NCBI RefSeq assembly: GCF_018977255.1
Contig: NW_024704742.1
Coordinates: 116,686,001-116,750,000, forward strand
Direction: 5' to 3'
Source: Callorhinchus milii
Taxonomy: Eukaryota
Length of the DNA stretch: 64,000 nucleotides
Below the pieces are notes generated by a model. It made no database searches. It worked only from the letters and a program-made list of their open reading frames with translations, and had not been told where the DNA came from. The first letter of the stretch is position 1; every line of letters begins with the position of its first letter. Positions 50,458 to 62,916 of the stretch are shown here, in pieces. A program made the position numbers and the translations under genes.

Positions 50458-52258
50458 CTGATGTTTCACTTGTTACTTGACTTGTGGATGGCTTACTTGC
50501 CATTTCCATATTTCCAGTCACTTCTGCAGGCTGCACCTTGTATATTTTCTCACTCTCGTGCAATGTGCTATTTAAAGTTTTTTCTTTTGATTGATTTCTT
50601 TCGGCTACATGTGAAGGCCCATCCTTTTCGCTGGTGTCATGATTAAATTCTCTCCATTTGCTATGTACAAAGTTACTGCTCCTGCTGTTTTTGCTACTTC
50701 CATGGCCTTCTTTGGCTTTGCTTGAATTTGTCGCTTCAGCTGCTTCTTGATCAGTTGACACAGATGAATGACTTAGAACATGTGAATTATTGACATTCAG
50801 TTCACCTATGGTATCACTGGAATTATCCACAGTGATTTTAGATTCTGAATGTAAATTTATAGGAGTGGCATTCAGCTTATTACTTGAGATCATAGTACAA
50901 GTTGGCATGCTGCTATTTGACTGATGTTCCATAGTCACAGTTTCTTTAAGATTGTGTCCTGAGATCACTGGTTCAAATACCATTGTCTCATCAGTATCTT
51001 CAGTAGGTACTATATCATTGCCGGTTTCACTTTGTGTGATCACAATATCACCCTTGTCAGTATGCAGTGCTGTAGTACAATTAGCTTCTTGCTGTGAGAG
51101 AACACACTTGGATGTTACAGATGGCTGTGTCCCTTGTTCAAGCTCATATTCTGAAGTCATGGTACAGCAAGCTCTGTCTTGTAAGACAACAGCATTTGCC
51201 TCATCACAATTGGATCCCTCTTCTAAGATTTTATTCCCAGTAGATTTATGCTGCTTAATTCTATCACTCTGCAATATCTCCATTGTTGTGATTTCAACAG
51301 CACTATTACTTTCAATGCTCATGACGTGCTCAACAGATTTATTAGCGTCGATGGGATTAACACCTGGTAATATCTCAGTTCCCTTTGCCAAGGGAGTTTT
51401 CTTCCTGAAATGCTCCACATTAACATTGTTTCTACTGACTCTTAGACCACAGGTTTTCACAACCTTCGCTGCACTGAGATAACAAGTGGCCTCCTTTTTG
51501 CTCATAGATGTTTCACCGGATCGAGTTTTGGCTACTGAATGTTGTGAGCATTTTTGGTATTCTTTTAGCAATTGTGCACTGTTGTCAGTTGCATTCGGTC
51601 TTTTTAGTGCGGCTATTTTACTGCAATCAGATGTGTTTCTTGCAATTTTCTCAGCAGTTTTATTTTCTGGGTTTGAATTAGTTAGCTGATTTGACATGCA
51701 TCTCAAAATCATTTGCTGACAGTTTGGAGTAGCAATCACGCTGCTGTTCTTGTTTACAGCAGCAGTGGACCTAACTTCTAATCTATTCTGTTGGGGAACT
51801 TTAGTTCTGGGTCGAATGGGTACAATTGAACAATTCTGATCTTGACAATTACATTTGTGAGATAAGTTTCTGGTCCTTGTGGATTTTCTCAGTAATTTCT
51901 GAGAATCAGATATACCAGCACAAAATAACACAGCCTGAGAGTTACAATTGATGCAGTCGCTAGATCCAGTGATTGTTTCATCCATACTGATAAAGGCTGC
52001 ATTCGTCTGAATTTTGACTTTGTCTGCACTTTGAGGGTTACTGTTATGGGGAGTATGAGCTTTTAAATGGCGAGCTAGCCGTTTGTGAGTGGGAAACAAG
52101 GTCTGATGTTTTGCCTTACTCTGGTTACTTCTGGGTTTCACATACTTCTTTCTTTGACTTGTTATTTTCCTTTTACACTTCAGAGACAGTGGTGTCTTGA
52201 AATCATAGTAACTCCCTACCCTCATCTTGCATTTTCTTTCTTTACCAGAGCTGCAAAC
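50458..52258 (-). CDS. ANKRD31: ANKRD31 large exon, 1801 nt, low-complexity S/T/K/N-rich linker
   Basis: Corresponds to the 592-aa ORF. The frame is open from acceptor aattctag|GTT (52258) to donor TCA G|gtattt (50457); phase 0 to 1. Confidence 0.85.
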
Positions 52259-52521
52259 CTAGAATTTTGCATGTGAGATCAATATATTTAGATTGTTAGC
52301 ATGAACATAAAATACATATATTTTAAATAATATTGCACAGGGGCAGGGGAGAGGGGGGGAGAGAGAAGAGAGAGAGAGAGAGAGAGACTAGACTCACTGA
52401 CTAAAACAAAGTCAGGAAGCCCTTGTGGGCTCTCTGACAAACTGAGTTAGGAAGCTGCCATAATAATAGGTGGGTTTAATGCACTTGATAGGCAAATGTG
52501 TGACAATAGGTAGGGTCAATG

Positions 52522-52962
52522 ACAACAACAACAAGATTCCATTTATAGAGCGCCTTTCACGTCGGGAGGACGTCTCAAGGCGCTGTACAGTTGGGTCAGG
52601 ACCCGAGCAGGGGGAAATGGTCAGGGTGAGGGGAAGGAAGGGAGGGAGCGAGGAGGGGGTAGAGAGTCGTGAGGGGAGCTGAAGGCACGGTCAAAGAGAA
52701 AGGTCTCGAGACCGGCCTTGAAGGAGGAAAGGGAGGAGGCAAGGCGAAGGCACTGGGGATAGAGTTCCAGAGCCTAGGGGCTGAGAGGCTGAAGGTCCGG
52801 CCACCGATGGTAAGGCAGTTGGGGCGGGGGTTGTGGAGCAGACCGGAGCCAGAGGAACGGAGGGTACGAGCAGGTAAGCAGGGGGATAGTAGGTCGGAGA
52901 GGTAGGAGGGAGCAAGGCCGTGAATGGCCTTGTAGGTGAGGATGAGGATCTTGAATTCGAGG
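52522..52962 (-). mobile_element. L2 LINE 3' end
   Basis: [24 protein letters not shown]...APRLWNSIP; intact 3' terminus with (TTG)n. Confidence 0.92.
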
Positions 52963-53109
52963 TGACACATGAGCAGAGCAATGAAGAGGGAAGTGAACTT
53001 GCATTAAAGGTAGTTTTGGTGTGTTTCAGAGTGAACAAGAGAATTGTGAATAAATAATGAAAATGAACAGCAAGAAGGAGCATGTCTCTTGACATGTAAC
53101 ACCTATTAC

Positions 53110-53186
53110 CTCTAGTTTCTGGCAGTCCACCCCATTTTTAAAATCAACACCTCTCAGAAGTTGCTTATTTCCAATCTTCGTAATGC
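53110..53186 (-). CDS. ANKRD31: ANKRD31 small coding exon, 77 nt
   Basis: attgcag|GC ATT... gives GITKIGNKQLLRGVDFKNGVDCQKLE|gtaata. It supplies exactly the phase 1 to 0 bridge needed between the flanking exons. Confidence 0.7.
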
Positions 53187-54745
53187 CTGCAATATATAGA
53201 ACTACTAAGGTAAACATGCTCTAAGTTACAGTATATTCTATGAAGTGCTTTAAGATGTCTAGAAGACGTGAAATGCGCTATATCAAATGCAAGGATTATT
53301 ATTATTATTAATGACAGAAATTACTACTTGCATTTTTTTAAAAATCCTGAAATCATTAGAATAAAATGGAATAGATTCGCACCCAGAGAGTACAAACTGA
53401 GTGAAGGGGCGGGTAGGAGGGGAGTACGATGTAGCCATATTATTTTGATTTGTGCAATATGGTATTTTAAAATATCTGTTTCAGAAAAACAAGTGACCTT
53501 TAAAAAATTATGGTATTTCAACATCCACCCACTCTTCTGGCCTCTTCTGGAAAGAAAACCGTGAGAACACAATATATGCCAATACTTCTAGTTATCTGCA
53601 AACTAGATTCCTACTTTTTGTTTTGCAAACTATAATGTCCAGTTGACTTCGCAAATATTCATTAATTAAATTAAAATTCATTAATTGCTAATGAGTAAAT
53701 TATAAATAACTGGAATAAGATCTTAACATCCTACACATAATCCTCCACTCCTTTGTGAACTATGTGTAGTAGCTATAAGCAACGTTTATCTTAATACCTG
53801 CGCGTGTGTGTGTGTGTATATATACACTAAACTTCTGATAACCTGTCACTCCAAGGATGCCTGGGGGGGGGGGGGGGGGGGTGGAGGGGGCGAGAAAAGA
53901 GAGAGAGAAAGACTAGACTCACTGACTAAAACCAAAACTATGTCAGGAAGGGAAGTGTCCCTTGTGGGGTCTCTGACAGACTGAGTTAGGAAGCTGCCAT
54001 GCAACAACAACAACAACAAGATTCCATTTATAAAGCGCCTTTCACGTCAGGAGGACGTCCCAAGGCGCTGAAATGCACTACATTTACAAGCTCAGAGTCT
54101 TTTGTGAGGTCCAAATTGCCAGTAAAACAAAGCGTTACTAAAGCAGAAAGTGTAAAAATTAGATGGGGGTGTTAAAGAGAAGCGAAAAGTGAAAAGCAAA
54201 AAGTGAGAGTCAGTGAAAAGCAAGAAGCAGCAACAAGGGACCTCACAGTTGAAGAATTGACAAAACGTATAGCTTCAAGTTAACTTCTGATAACTTGTCA
54301 CTCCAAGGAAAAAGGGCTCAGTGACAAGTTATCCGGAATGGCGAGTTGGGCATATGTATAAATACATAAATAAATGTGGCTGGGATGTTGACAGCATGAT
54401 GACTTAAGTGGTAGTAACAAGTTAAGCTGATGACTTATTAGGAATATGTAAAACTGTGCATATCCAATGCTCCAAATAAGTCACTGAGTCACCCACTCTT
54501 CTCCCTTTGCCATGAGTGTGTTGAAATAAAACCCTACATTGAGGACTCATTTATGTAGTTCATAAAATGATTTGGCACGAGAGAACCTGGAACATTTTGT
54601 AGGCTGACCCTGAATGATCACTAAGTTCACAGGAATTTAAATTAAGCTCAGATCAAGTGAAGTTACAGAGACTACCTATCAAATTGGAGGAGGGTCATTA
54701 CAAAGAGAGCTTGAAAGGGTATGCACACGGGATAGTGAAAGGCAA

Positions 54746-55398
54746 ATGAATGAACTTGCATAAGTCTGATCCCTATAAATCGTAAAATCGCCTAATTCAT
54801 ACATCTGCTAAATTTCCTATTAAATTCACTTAAATTTATCTGCGCTACTCATATAAACAATCGTGGAACTAATAACACAAGACCGCTAAAGCACTTGCCA
54901 CTAACAATCTTACCGGCTGCCGGGTCAAAACTGTGTTTCGCGCACCTACCTCAAACACAACACTCCACATATGCACCCAAACCGTTAACACAGCACTGCT
55001 CTTGTAGCTTAAGAGGTCTCCTTCACTCTCCACGTGATTAGACATTCCTTACCCCTTCATGTGATCAGGTGATGAACTTCCCTCTCTCAACCCCCCATTC
55101 ACCCTGCTGCCGTGCACGATGTTGCTGTTACGCCCCGGGAGGTAGGGTGCGGAGAGCGTTGGTGATCGAATGTGCGGTATTCCGTTGGAGGTAAGTGTGG
55201 AAAACAAAGATTTGACCCAGCAGCTGGCAGGATCGGTAGTGGCAGGTGGGGTAGCAGCGGTACTAGTTGCACAATTGTTAATATGACTAGTGCAGATACA
55301 TTTAAGTGGATTTAATAGGAAATTCAACAGGACTGGACAGATGTATGGCTTAGGTGAATGTACGATTTATACAGATCAAACTTATGCGAGTTTTACTG
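54746..55398. mobile_element. Palindromic MITE (pogo/Tigger-like terminus)
   Basis: Arms at about 54753-54972 and 55170-55398 are diverged reverse complements. The right end is ...ttttactg|TA (5'-CAGTAAAAC terminus plus TA). Confidence 0.75.
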
Positions 55399-57282
55399 TA
55401 TATAAAATTCCTAACAATTGAGTATACAAATCACATATATATTTTTCTACTAACTAAAATTATTTAATATTTATTTTCAAACTTTCTTCTCTTTGTTTTC
55501 CCTTTTGAGTTTCCATGCAATAGATGGCCAAGATGTCAGCTATTAATAATAGTACATTGGTGGCCACAAGGGGCTTCAGACCATCTACCTCGGCCAGCTT
55601 CAGTTTTTTACACCGGAGTGATACAGCACGGAAACATGCCATTCTGCTTAATCCAGGTGTGAGGGACCTTGGCAAATAGACATACCCGCTGTAAAGCCAG
55701 CTTCGCCTCCTGGCTGCTTATTGACAGGTCAATGTAGGCTGGAGCCCTCCCTCCCTGCAGCCGCTTCCTGTGGTGGTGCTTAGTAAGCCCGGTATGTGGC
55801 ATTGGACATTCTGGGCATCTGAACTCAACTAGTCAATGCAGATGTTTATACTCCACACAAGCCCCATCCCTCCTATTCCTCTTAGCAATATCCCTTGATT
55901 CATTTCTCTCTCATGTGTGCATCAAGTTTTTTTTAATGAAATACATTGATTCTATTTGCTTCAATTACAACTTCTGTTGTTCCACATTCTCACCACTTTC
56001 TATATGAAGATATTCCTCCTAAGCTCCACTATTAGACTACTAGTAGCATTTTTAGTTTTGGATTCAAGTAGAACAGCCTTTTCACATGCACCTTATTGAA
56101 TCCTTTCATAATCGTAAATATCTTTATCAGGTTCTGTATCATTCATCTCAAGTCTAGAGAGAAAAGCTGCAAAATGTCCAGTCTTTCTTGATAGCTATAT
56201 TCACTCTTCCCTGGTAAAATCCTTGTAAATGTAGAATATACACTCTCCAATCCTTCAAAGATCCTTTGAATGTTTCATGCAAGGCCATTTCCCCTGGGAC
56301 ATCATTCAGGGATCCTAACAATCCCCAAACAATAATGTACCAACACTAATTCAAAACAAACGCTGAATACAGTATGAATTTCATGTTGGAACTAAAACAT
56401 TGTTTTAAAGCATTAGTTATCAGAATCTGTGGCAACACTCCTTGAAGGATTACACTTTAGTCCTAAAATGTAATGTGCAACTCACATTACAGTTGGTTTG
56501 ATTTTTGTTAAGAACGCATCTTTAAGATATTTTCATCTCAAGCTCTTCTTTGAATTGCTGTGGCACAGCCAAGAGGGTAGATTTGTCGCTCACTCCTAAG
56601 CCTCTGCCATAATCGCTCTGAAGCATGTGTGCAACAATGACAGAGGCATGAACAACCTTGACATTTCCTTCTCATCCTATCTAGTTCCAGCCCTCTGTGC
56701 CTCAAAGAAAGTGTGTATCCTCCCACTCTGACCTTCCGCATTGGTGCAGTTGACAATGGCAACTCAGTATATATTAATCCAGATAGTGGAGCCTCCTTCT
56801 CAGTTTACATACTATAATGTATAATAATAATCCTTCCATTTGATAGGGTGTCTATATAATTTCTACAGGGCAGTGAATGTCCATTTGTGGGTGAATGCAG
56901 AAACCAATTTGCCCATACCAATGGCCACAAGCCATCAAGTGAACAACCAATTTTATCTGGAGGATTGTTGCCCTGGAAAGCTGGCGATTTTTTTTTTCTC
57001 TTTTGAATAGTATCAATGGATCTTTAACAACGACAGACAGAACAAACAGAATGCATTTCAATTTGAACATATTATTCAAAGGACGCACCTCTGGCAATGC
57101 AAAGCTCCCTCAGCATCGCATCCGCACCAGGGTCAGCCTAGATTATGAGCTCAAGATCAAAACATGCATAAACCCACAACCTTCTGACCCAAAGGCAAGA
57201 ATACTACCAACTGAGCCAGGCTGACATATGCAAGAATCATGGTCATATTACAATGTTAGTGAAATATAAGCTTGCTTCTCAC

Positions 57283-57415
57283 CTTTTTCCAATCGCTTTT
57301 GTTGCTGGTTATCAATCAGTCTCTTTATCTTCCCATCGATAACATATTGTGCACATTTCCCAATGTCAGCATTTTGAATAGCAATAGCTCCGTGCTGCAA
57401 AAGTAACTGGACTAT
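57283..57415 (-). CDS. ANKRD31: ANKRD31 coding exon, 133 nt, end of ankyrin cluster 1
   Basis: IVQLLLQHGAIAIQNADIGKCAQYVIDGKIKRLIDNQQQKRLEK-G|gtgaga; phase 0 to 1. Confidence 0.85.
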
Positions 57416-58965
57416 CTTCAGGTCAAAGAATACAAAATAAATAATATTGATAATAATAATTATAATACTTGTGGCATTTGACAGAGCACCATTCACATTG
57501 TTGGGATGTCTCAAAGCGCTTCACAGGATTTTTTAAAGTGTTTTTTAACTGTATTTTGTGAGCAAAATGCCCACCAATGCAAGCAATATTATTATATTAT
57601 AAATATTGATATAACACAGTCAATTTTATAAAAGATATTTGTTGACATAGATTACAGATTGTTAAAATTGTAACTCTTGATTTGTCCTCTAAGCAGGTAT
57701 GAAATGATTCCCACTGACATTAAATCGTCTAGGGATATTTTTATATATTTTTAAAATCCATCCAAACACTCATGTTATCCATTTACCACTGCTCAGCAAT
57801 GCTCAGATGCTGTCTATTACAGAAAATAATCAATACTGGTTGTGGGAAGGTGAGGGTTGGAAATCTAGTTTATTGGCAAAATATAGGCTGGATTTTAACA
57901 AAGTACCTCTCTCCCCGCACCCCCAAAGCATCATGAATGTCATTTAAATAGTGAACACCTGCACTAAAACAGATTATATTGGGGAAAAAAACAATAGTGT
58001 GATTTTAAAGCCAGGATTCAGCTGACCTTATTTCTGATCGTATTTAGGAAGTTTTAAAATTCTAGAATCAAAATGCAAGTACCTTTGAAGGAATTGATAG
58101 TTACCACGGCAAGCCATATCTATAACATTTTCAGTTTTCTGAATTTGTGTTGGTTTATTAACTTTAAGGGGCAGTAGAAGTCGGAGTCTACTTGGCTAAT
58201 CTTGTCTGAGCAAAGATACTCTAAAGAGGGTCAAACCACTGGCTTGTCGATCCATGGACATTCCCCAGAAGCTGCATTGTGATGAGCTCCAAAGGAATCT
58301 TAAGGCACTTTGTTTGATGGACTTGCACAATGGGTTTCTGATTGATCATTCTTCTTGTGGGAGACTGGAATACGTCAAGCAAAGGTACATCAAACCCCTT
58401 TAACTTTGGTGCTCTCTGCTTCCTTCTGAGGAAAGCCAATTACGTAGCATTGGTACAGAGTTCACAGTAACAAAGTAATCAATTATGTAGTTGTGAACAG
58501 CACATCTTATGGTCTTCAAGTGCATTACTGGCATTGCTAGGAAACTTCAATATACTGGCGTTCTGTGTCAAGAGAGCCCTTGGCATGGGTAGTAACCAGT
58601 GGCTGCTGCCCCTTATGTCATAAGTGATTGTGCCAAGGATTTATGAATGCTCATATATAACTATAAGCAGGATCTCCGTGGAGCTCTTCCTTCCAGCACC
58701 TTGGAGAGGAAGGGCAAGTTGAAGATGGAAGCAGGGTAGATCATAGAACTCCCCATGTCATTTTTTTACCATGCTTTCGTTCACCTTTCCCATTCCCCAA
58801 GCTTGGGGTCCCAGTTAGATATGTGAGGCATTTGAGACATCCTCCTGATGTAAGGCACTGTATAAATGCAGTGTTGTTCATAGTTCATCAGCTCAATCCA
58901 TTTCTAGCAATACAGATCCTAACTCCACGGGGTTTTGAAATGTAAATGATTAATCTTTATTGTAC

Positions 58966-59108
58966 CTGATAGTGCCCACTGATGGCTGCATCCTGTAGAG
59001 GTGTTACACCACAGTCCCCTTTACAGTTAACTTCCGCTCCAGCTGATAGCAACTCTTGTACTATCTCATGGAAACCTTGAAGGCTTGCTTCGTGCAGTGG
59101 TGTCCAGC
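58966..59108 (-). CDS. ANKRD31: ANKRD31 coding exon, 143 nt, ankyrin
   Basis: ttcctatag|GC TGG... gives (G)WTPLHEASLQGFHEIVQELLSAGAEVNCKGDCGVTPLQDAAISGHYQ|gtacaa; phase 1 to 0. Not in the ORF track. Confidence 0.92.
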
Positions 59109-59651
59109 CTATAGGAAAGAAGAATACAGTAAACCCCGGCTATCTGGAATTCAAACCTAGCCGGACCTGGCCTGAAACCTAAAAATTTAAATGTTCCTCG
59201 TGTCACATGTAAACGCCTGCTGGCCCATTCTCCTAGTGCACCCCCCCAACGCACTGTGTTTGCTGGCCTTCACATTGACCAGCGATATTGACTTTCAGTT
59301 TGAATCCCGAAAGCAGAAGATTGCTTATTCTGTATTTTATGCTTGCGAGATTCAAACAATTACAATGCTTTAACCTGCATTTTTCGGCATCGAAAAAAGG
59401 CCAGTACCTGCAATCTAATAACACTAAGCCAGAACTAAGCTCACCAGATCGGGTCTCAATCCTCACACTTGATATAGCTCCTTATCAAGTCTTCACGATT
59501 TCTCAAAGCGCTTCACAAAGTATATTTTGTAGGCGAAACACGGCAGCTAATTGCGCATAGCAGTATCCCCAAAACAGTCGTGGATTGAGTGACTAAATTG
59601 TTATGATTAATTTTTTGAAGCGAAAAGTGATCCGCCAATCAACTCACAACT

Positions 59652-59952
59652 AACACTGTCGACCACTCTATCTTCATCCACCGCCTCTTCTCTCACCTCA
59701 ACCTCCACAGCACTGACCTTGATTGATTCAGATCGTACCTCTCACACGGCCTGTACTTCATCTCCTCAAACATTTCTTCTCTAGCCCCCGCACCTTCTCA
59801 TGCAATGTTCCTCAGGGCTGTTCTTGGTCCCCTCCTCTTCAACATCTATATGCTCCCTCTTGGTGAAATTATCCACAGACATGGGGTCAACTTCCACATG
59901 TATGCGGATGACACCCAACTCTACCTCTCTGCCTCCCCTTTGACTCCAGGAC
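59652..59952 (+). mobile_element. L2 RT fragment
   Basis: [29 protein letters not shown]. Confidence 0.88.
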
Positions 59953-60572
59953 CGTTGCTGTGCGCAATTGGCTTCTGCGTTTCACCCAATATGGTCAATT
60001 TACTTTATAGTACATTCTGTGAAGCACTTTGAGACGTCTCGAAGGCATGATAAGGCACTCTATAAAATGCAAGGATTATTATTATTCATAGAGCAGCAGA
60101 ATACGAAGATACAGGTTTAGAGTTGCAAAGAGAAATTTTCAGGTCAGACAACAGGAAATATTTCTTTAATCAGAAGGTAATTAACAATTGGAACAGGTAA
60201 CCAAAAAGAGGCCAGGATGGTACACCAATTTAAAAACAGCGTGAGAACAATAATAACATTAATCGTTTTTGAAAGGTTTCAAACAGGCAGGTAGTACCTC
60301 AGTTTATTGCCTCATCTGAAGGACAGGATGAAAACTAATACCTTAATGGGAGGACAGTAGGGAGCGTGTTCTGGATGGATAGCATCAAATTGGCCTTCTT
60401 CCATCTTAACTTCTCTTGTGATATTTTGAGTAGGACTTGAGTTAACAGTATAGCACTTCCCAAATGCAACACTAGATGATGCTGATTTGGGCAAGTGCTG
60501 CACTGTCTTTATAGTACATTCTGTGAAGCACTTTGAGATGTCTTGAAGGCATGATAAGGCACTGGAGTCCTG

Positions 60573-60902
60573 GTGGAGTCCTGTAGCTCAGTGGTTAGAG
60601 CACTCGCTTTGCAAGTGAGAGACCTGAGTTCAATTCCAGGCAGGGCGAAACCTTGGGCAAGTTTCCTTACTCCACACACCTAATAATAATCCCTCCAAAA
60701 AAACAAAACAATAATAAATTGGTCATTTTCAATCCATATGACTGTTTGTGGGACATTGCTGTGCGCAATTGGCTGCCGCGTTCGCCCACAAATATACAGT
60801 CAATTCACTTTACAGTGTGTTCTGTGAAGCGCTTTGGGACGTCCTCCCGACGTGAAAAGCACTATATCAAATGCAAGGATTATTATTATTATTATTATTA
60901 TC
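60573..60902 (+). mobile_element. Young tRNA-derived SINE (short subfamily), full length
   Basis: Near-identical to 171-492; the first 10 nt are duplicated at the 5' junction. Confidence 0.93.
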
Positions 60903-61696
60903 AGATGAGCTGTCTTTCAGGAGACATTAAACTGAGATCCTAGTCTGCCTGTTGTCAGGTGGGAGTTAAAGATCCCATGACACTTTTCAGAAAAAGAAGG
61001 GAGTTCCTTCCAGTGTCCCAGTCAATAATCCTCCAGAATAGTTTATCATTCAACTAATTAATTCAACTATTGTGCAACCATTGCTGACATAAAATGGTAG
61101 GCATATTTGCCTGAAATAAAAAAAGTTGCAACGTTTGATAGCTATTACCTGTAAAGCACTGGACATGAAAAGGCCCTATACAAATACGAGTTCTTACCTC
61201 TTTCTAAAGCCAATAAGATGAAACTTCAGGATAATCAGTATAACATTACAAGTAGTTAACCCTGTCCAGTTGTATTATTTAAGCTCTCGGAGCACAGCAA
61301 CCATCTGTTCTATGTAATCTGATCCCCTCTAACCATATATTTCTGTACAAACATCAAGTCCATACTTAACCAGATGCGCATATTTATCTAGCTCTTCTTA
61401 AAAGGCATTAATAGCTTTTAATGAAATTTTGTTGTTTCAGAAATGTTCTACTGCATGAAGGGAAAAGATTAAATGACATTCAGATGAAGCACAAGTAAAC
61501 TTCTGGAAAGGTTTAACATAGCGGCAAGAGTAATAATATTTGCATTCAATCATTTCAAGAGATTATGGTAGTTACCACACATAACTCTATTTCCAAATGT
61601 AATTCACATGAAAGATTGATAACATTTAAGATGATTTTGTATCAGTAATATGAATATTTTACTGCTAAATGAATCTAAATCTAATTCTAACCCACC

Positions 61697-61904
61697 TGTA
61701 ATAATCCTTGCATTTGATATTGTGCTTTTCATGTCTTCCAGATGTCTCAAAGCGCTTCACAGAATATACTGTAAAGTGAATTGACTGTATATTTTGTGGG
61801 TGAAACGTGGCAGCCAATTGCGCACAGCAGTGTCCCACAAACAGTCGTGGATTGAAGTGACCAATTTATTATTGTTTTTTTTCTTGAGGTATTATTATTA
61901 GGCT
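61697..61904 (-). mobile_element. 5'-truncated SINE
   Basis: Tail taataatccttgcatttg through the body to ...ttattattaggc, followed by an AT-rich repeat. Confidence 0.85.
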
Positions 61905-62727
61905 TATATTATACAATATTATATACATTATATTATTATATATTATATTATATAATATTATAATATTATTATAAGAGTAAACTGTAAACTACACTATAGA
62001 AAATGCTGATCATTGAGATTTTTTTTTACATAGGATTACATAGAACCTTCCGACACAAAACTGGGCCATTCAGCCCAACTAATCTATTCCAGTATTTATT
62101 CTCCATACAAGCCTCCATGTGTCTCATTTATCCCTATTCCTTTCTCAAACAAGTAAAGATCAAGATACCTTTAAATATGTTGATACTTTTTGCTTCAACC
62201 TCACTCTAGCAGTGAGTTCCATATTCCCACTGACCCACTGAACAAATAAGTTACTCCTAAACTCCCTCTTAGATCTGCTACAGACTATTTTCTGTTTATG
62301 CCTCTTGTTTTGGTCTTACTAACAAGTGCAAACATTTCACAGAGCTAAAGAATTCTTCCATGAAATCAAACACCAGCCTCCTCTCCACAGTCAATTCTTT
62401 GATCCTTTTGAAAATGTTGTCAATAATACTTGTTTCATCAACAATATTGCTCAGCCATTGTTTAGTTTTTAAAAAAGCTACAAGCTGAAAACAAAAAAAG
62501 CGATACATATACTTTAACTTCCCTGCCTGGTATCTTTTTATGATTAATCTAGGTCTGGATATTGTTTGTATTGTCAAAGTAATAGTATTTGCATTGAATA
62601 ATCTCTCAAACAGATCAGTTACCAAGTAGAACATTATCCCAAACCAAAAACGGTTCATCGAAAGTTCAACAGAATTCAGAACGTGAATGCCGTTCTAGTA
62701 ACATGAATCCTCTAAGGCTGATCTTAC

Positions 62728-62916
62728 CTGCATGATCTGGCAGATTTACATTGACACCTGCTTGTATAAATGCTCGAAGCATGTTCAGGTCCCGATTCTT
62801 CACAGCTATGTGTAATTTTGTCTCTCCATAAAGGTTTCTCCTATTTGCGTGAGCCAGTGAGAAAGGAAAACTACTGGAAGCAGATGCTGTCAAGGAGCTC
62901 AGTGATGATTCACTAC
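62728..62916 (-). CDS. ANKRD31: ANKRD31 coding exon (first visible in window): ankyrin cluster 1, repeat 1
   Basis: Encodes ...HANRRNLYGETKLHIAVKNRDLNMLRAFIQAGVNVNLPDHA-G. Donor G|gtaaga at 62727. The acceptor is ambiguous (tttttag-tag; exon start 62919 or 62916, both phase 1). Confidence 0.85.

Noticed and set aside
50952..51482. 176-aa plus-strand ORF and similar ORFs at 39704-40209 and 20188-21309
   Set aside because: Antisense shadows of ANKRD31 and GCNT4 exons.
50447..52225. 592-aa ORF (and 376-aa ORF at 39286-40416) as stand-alone genes
   Set aside because: Both are bounded by splice sites in phase with neighbouring ANKRD31 exons.
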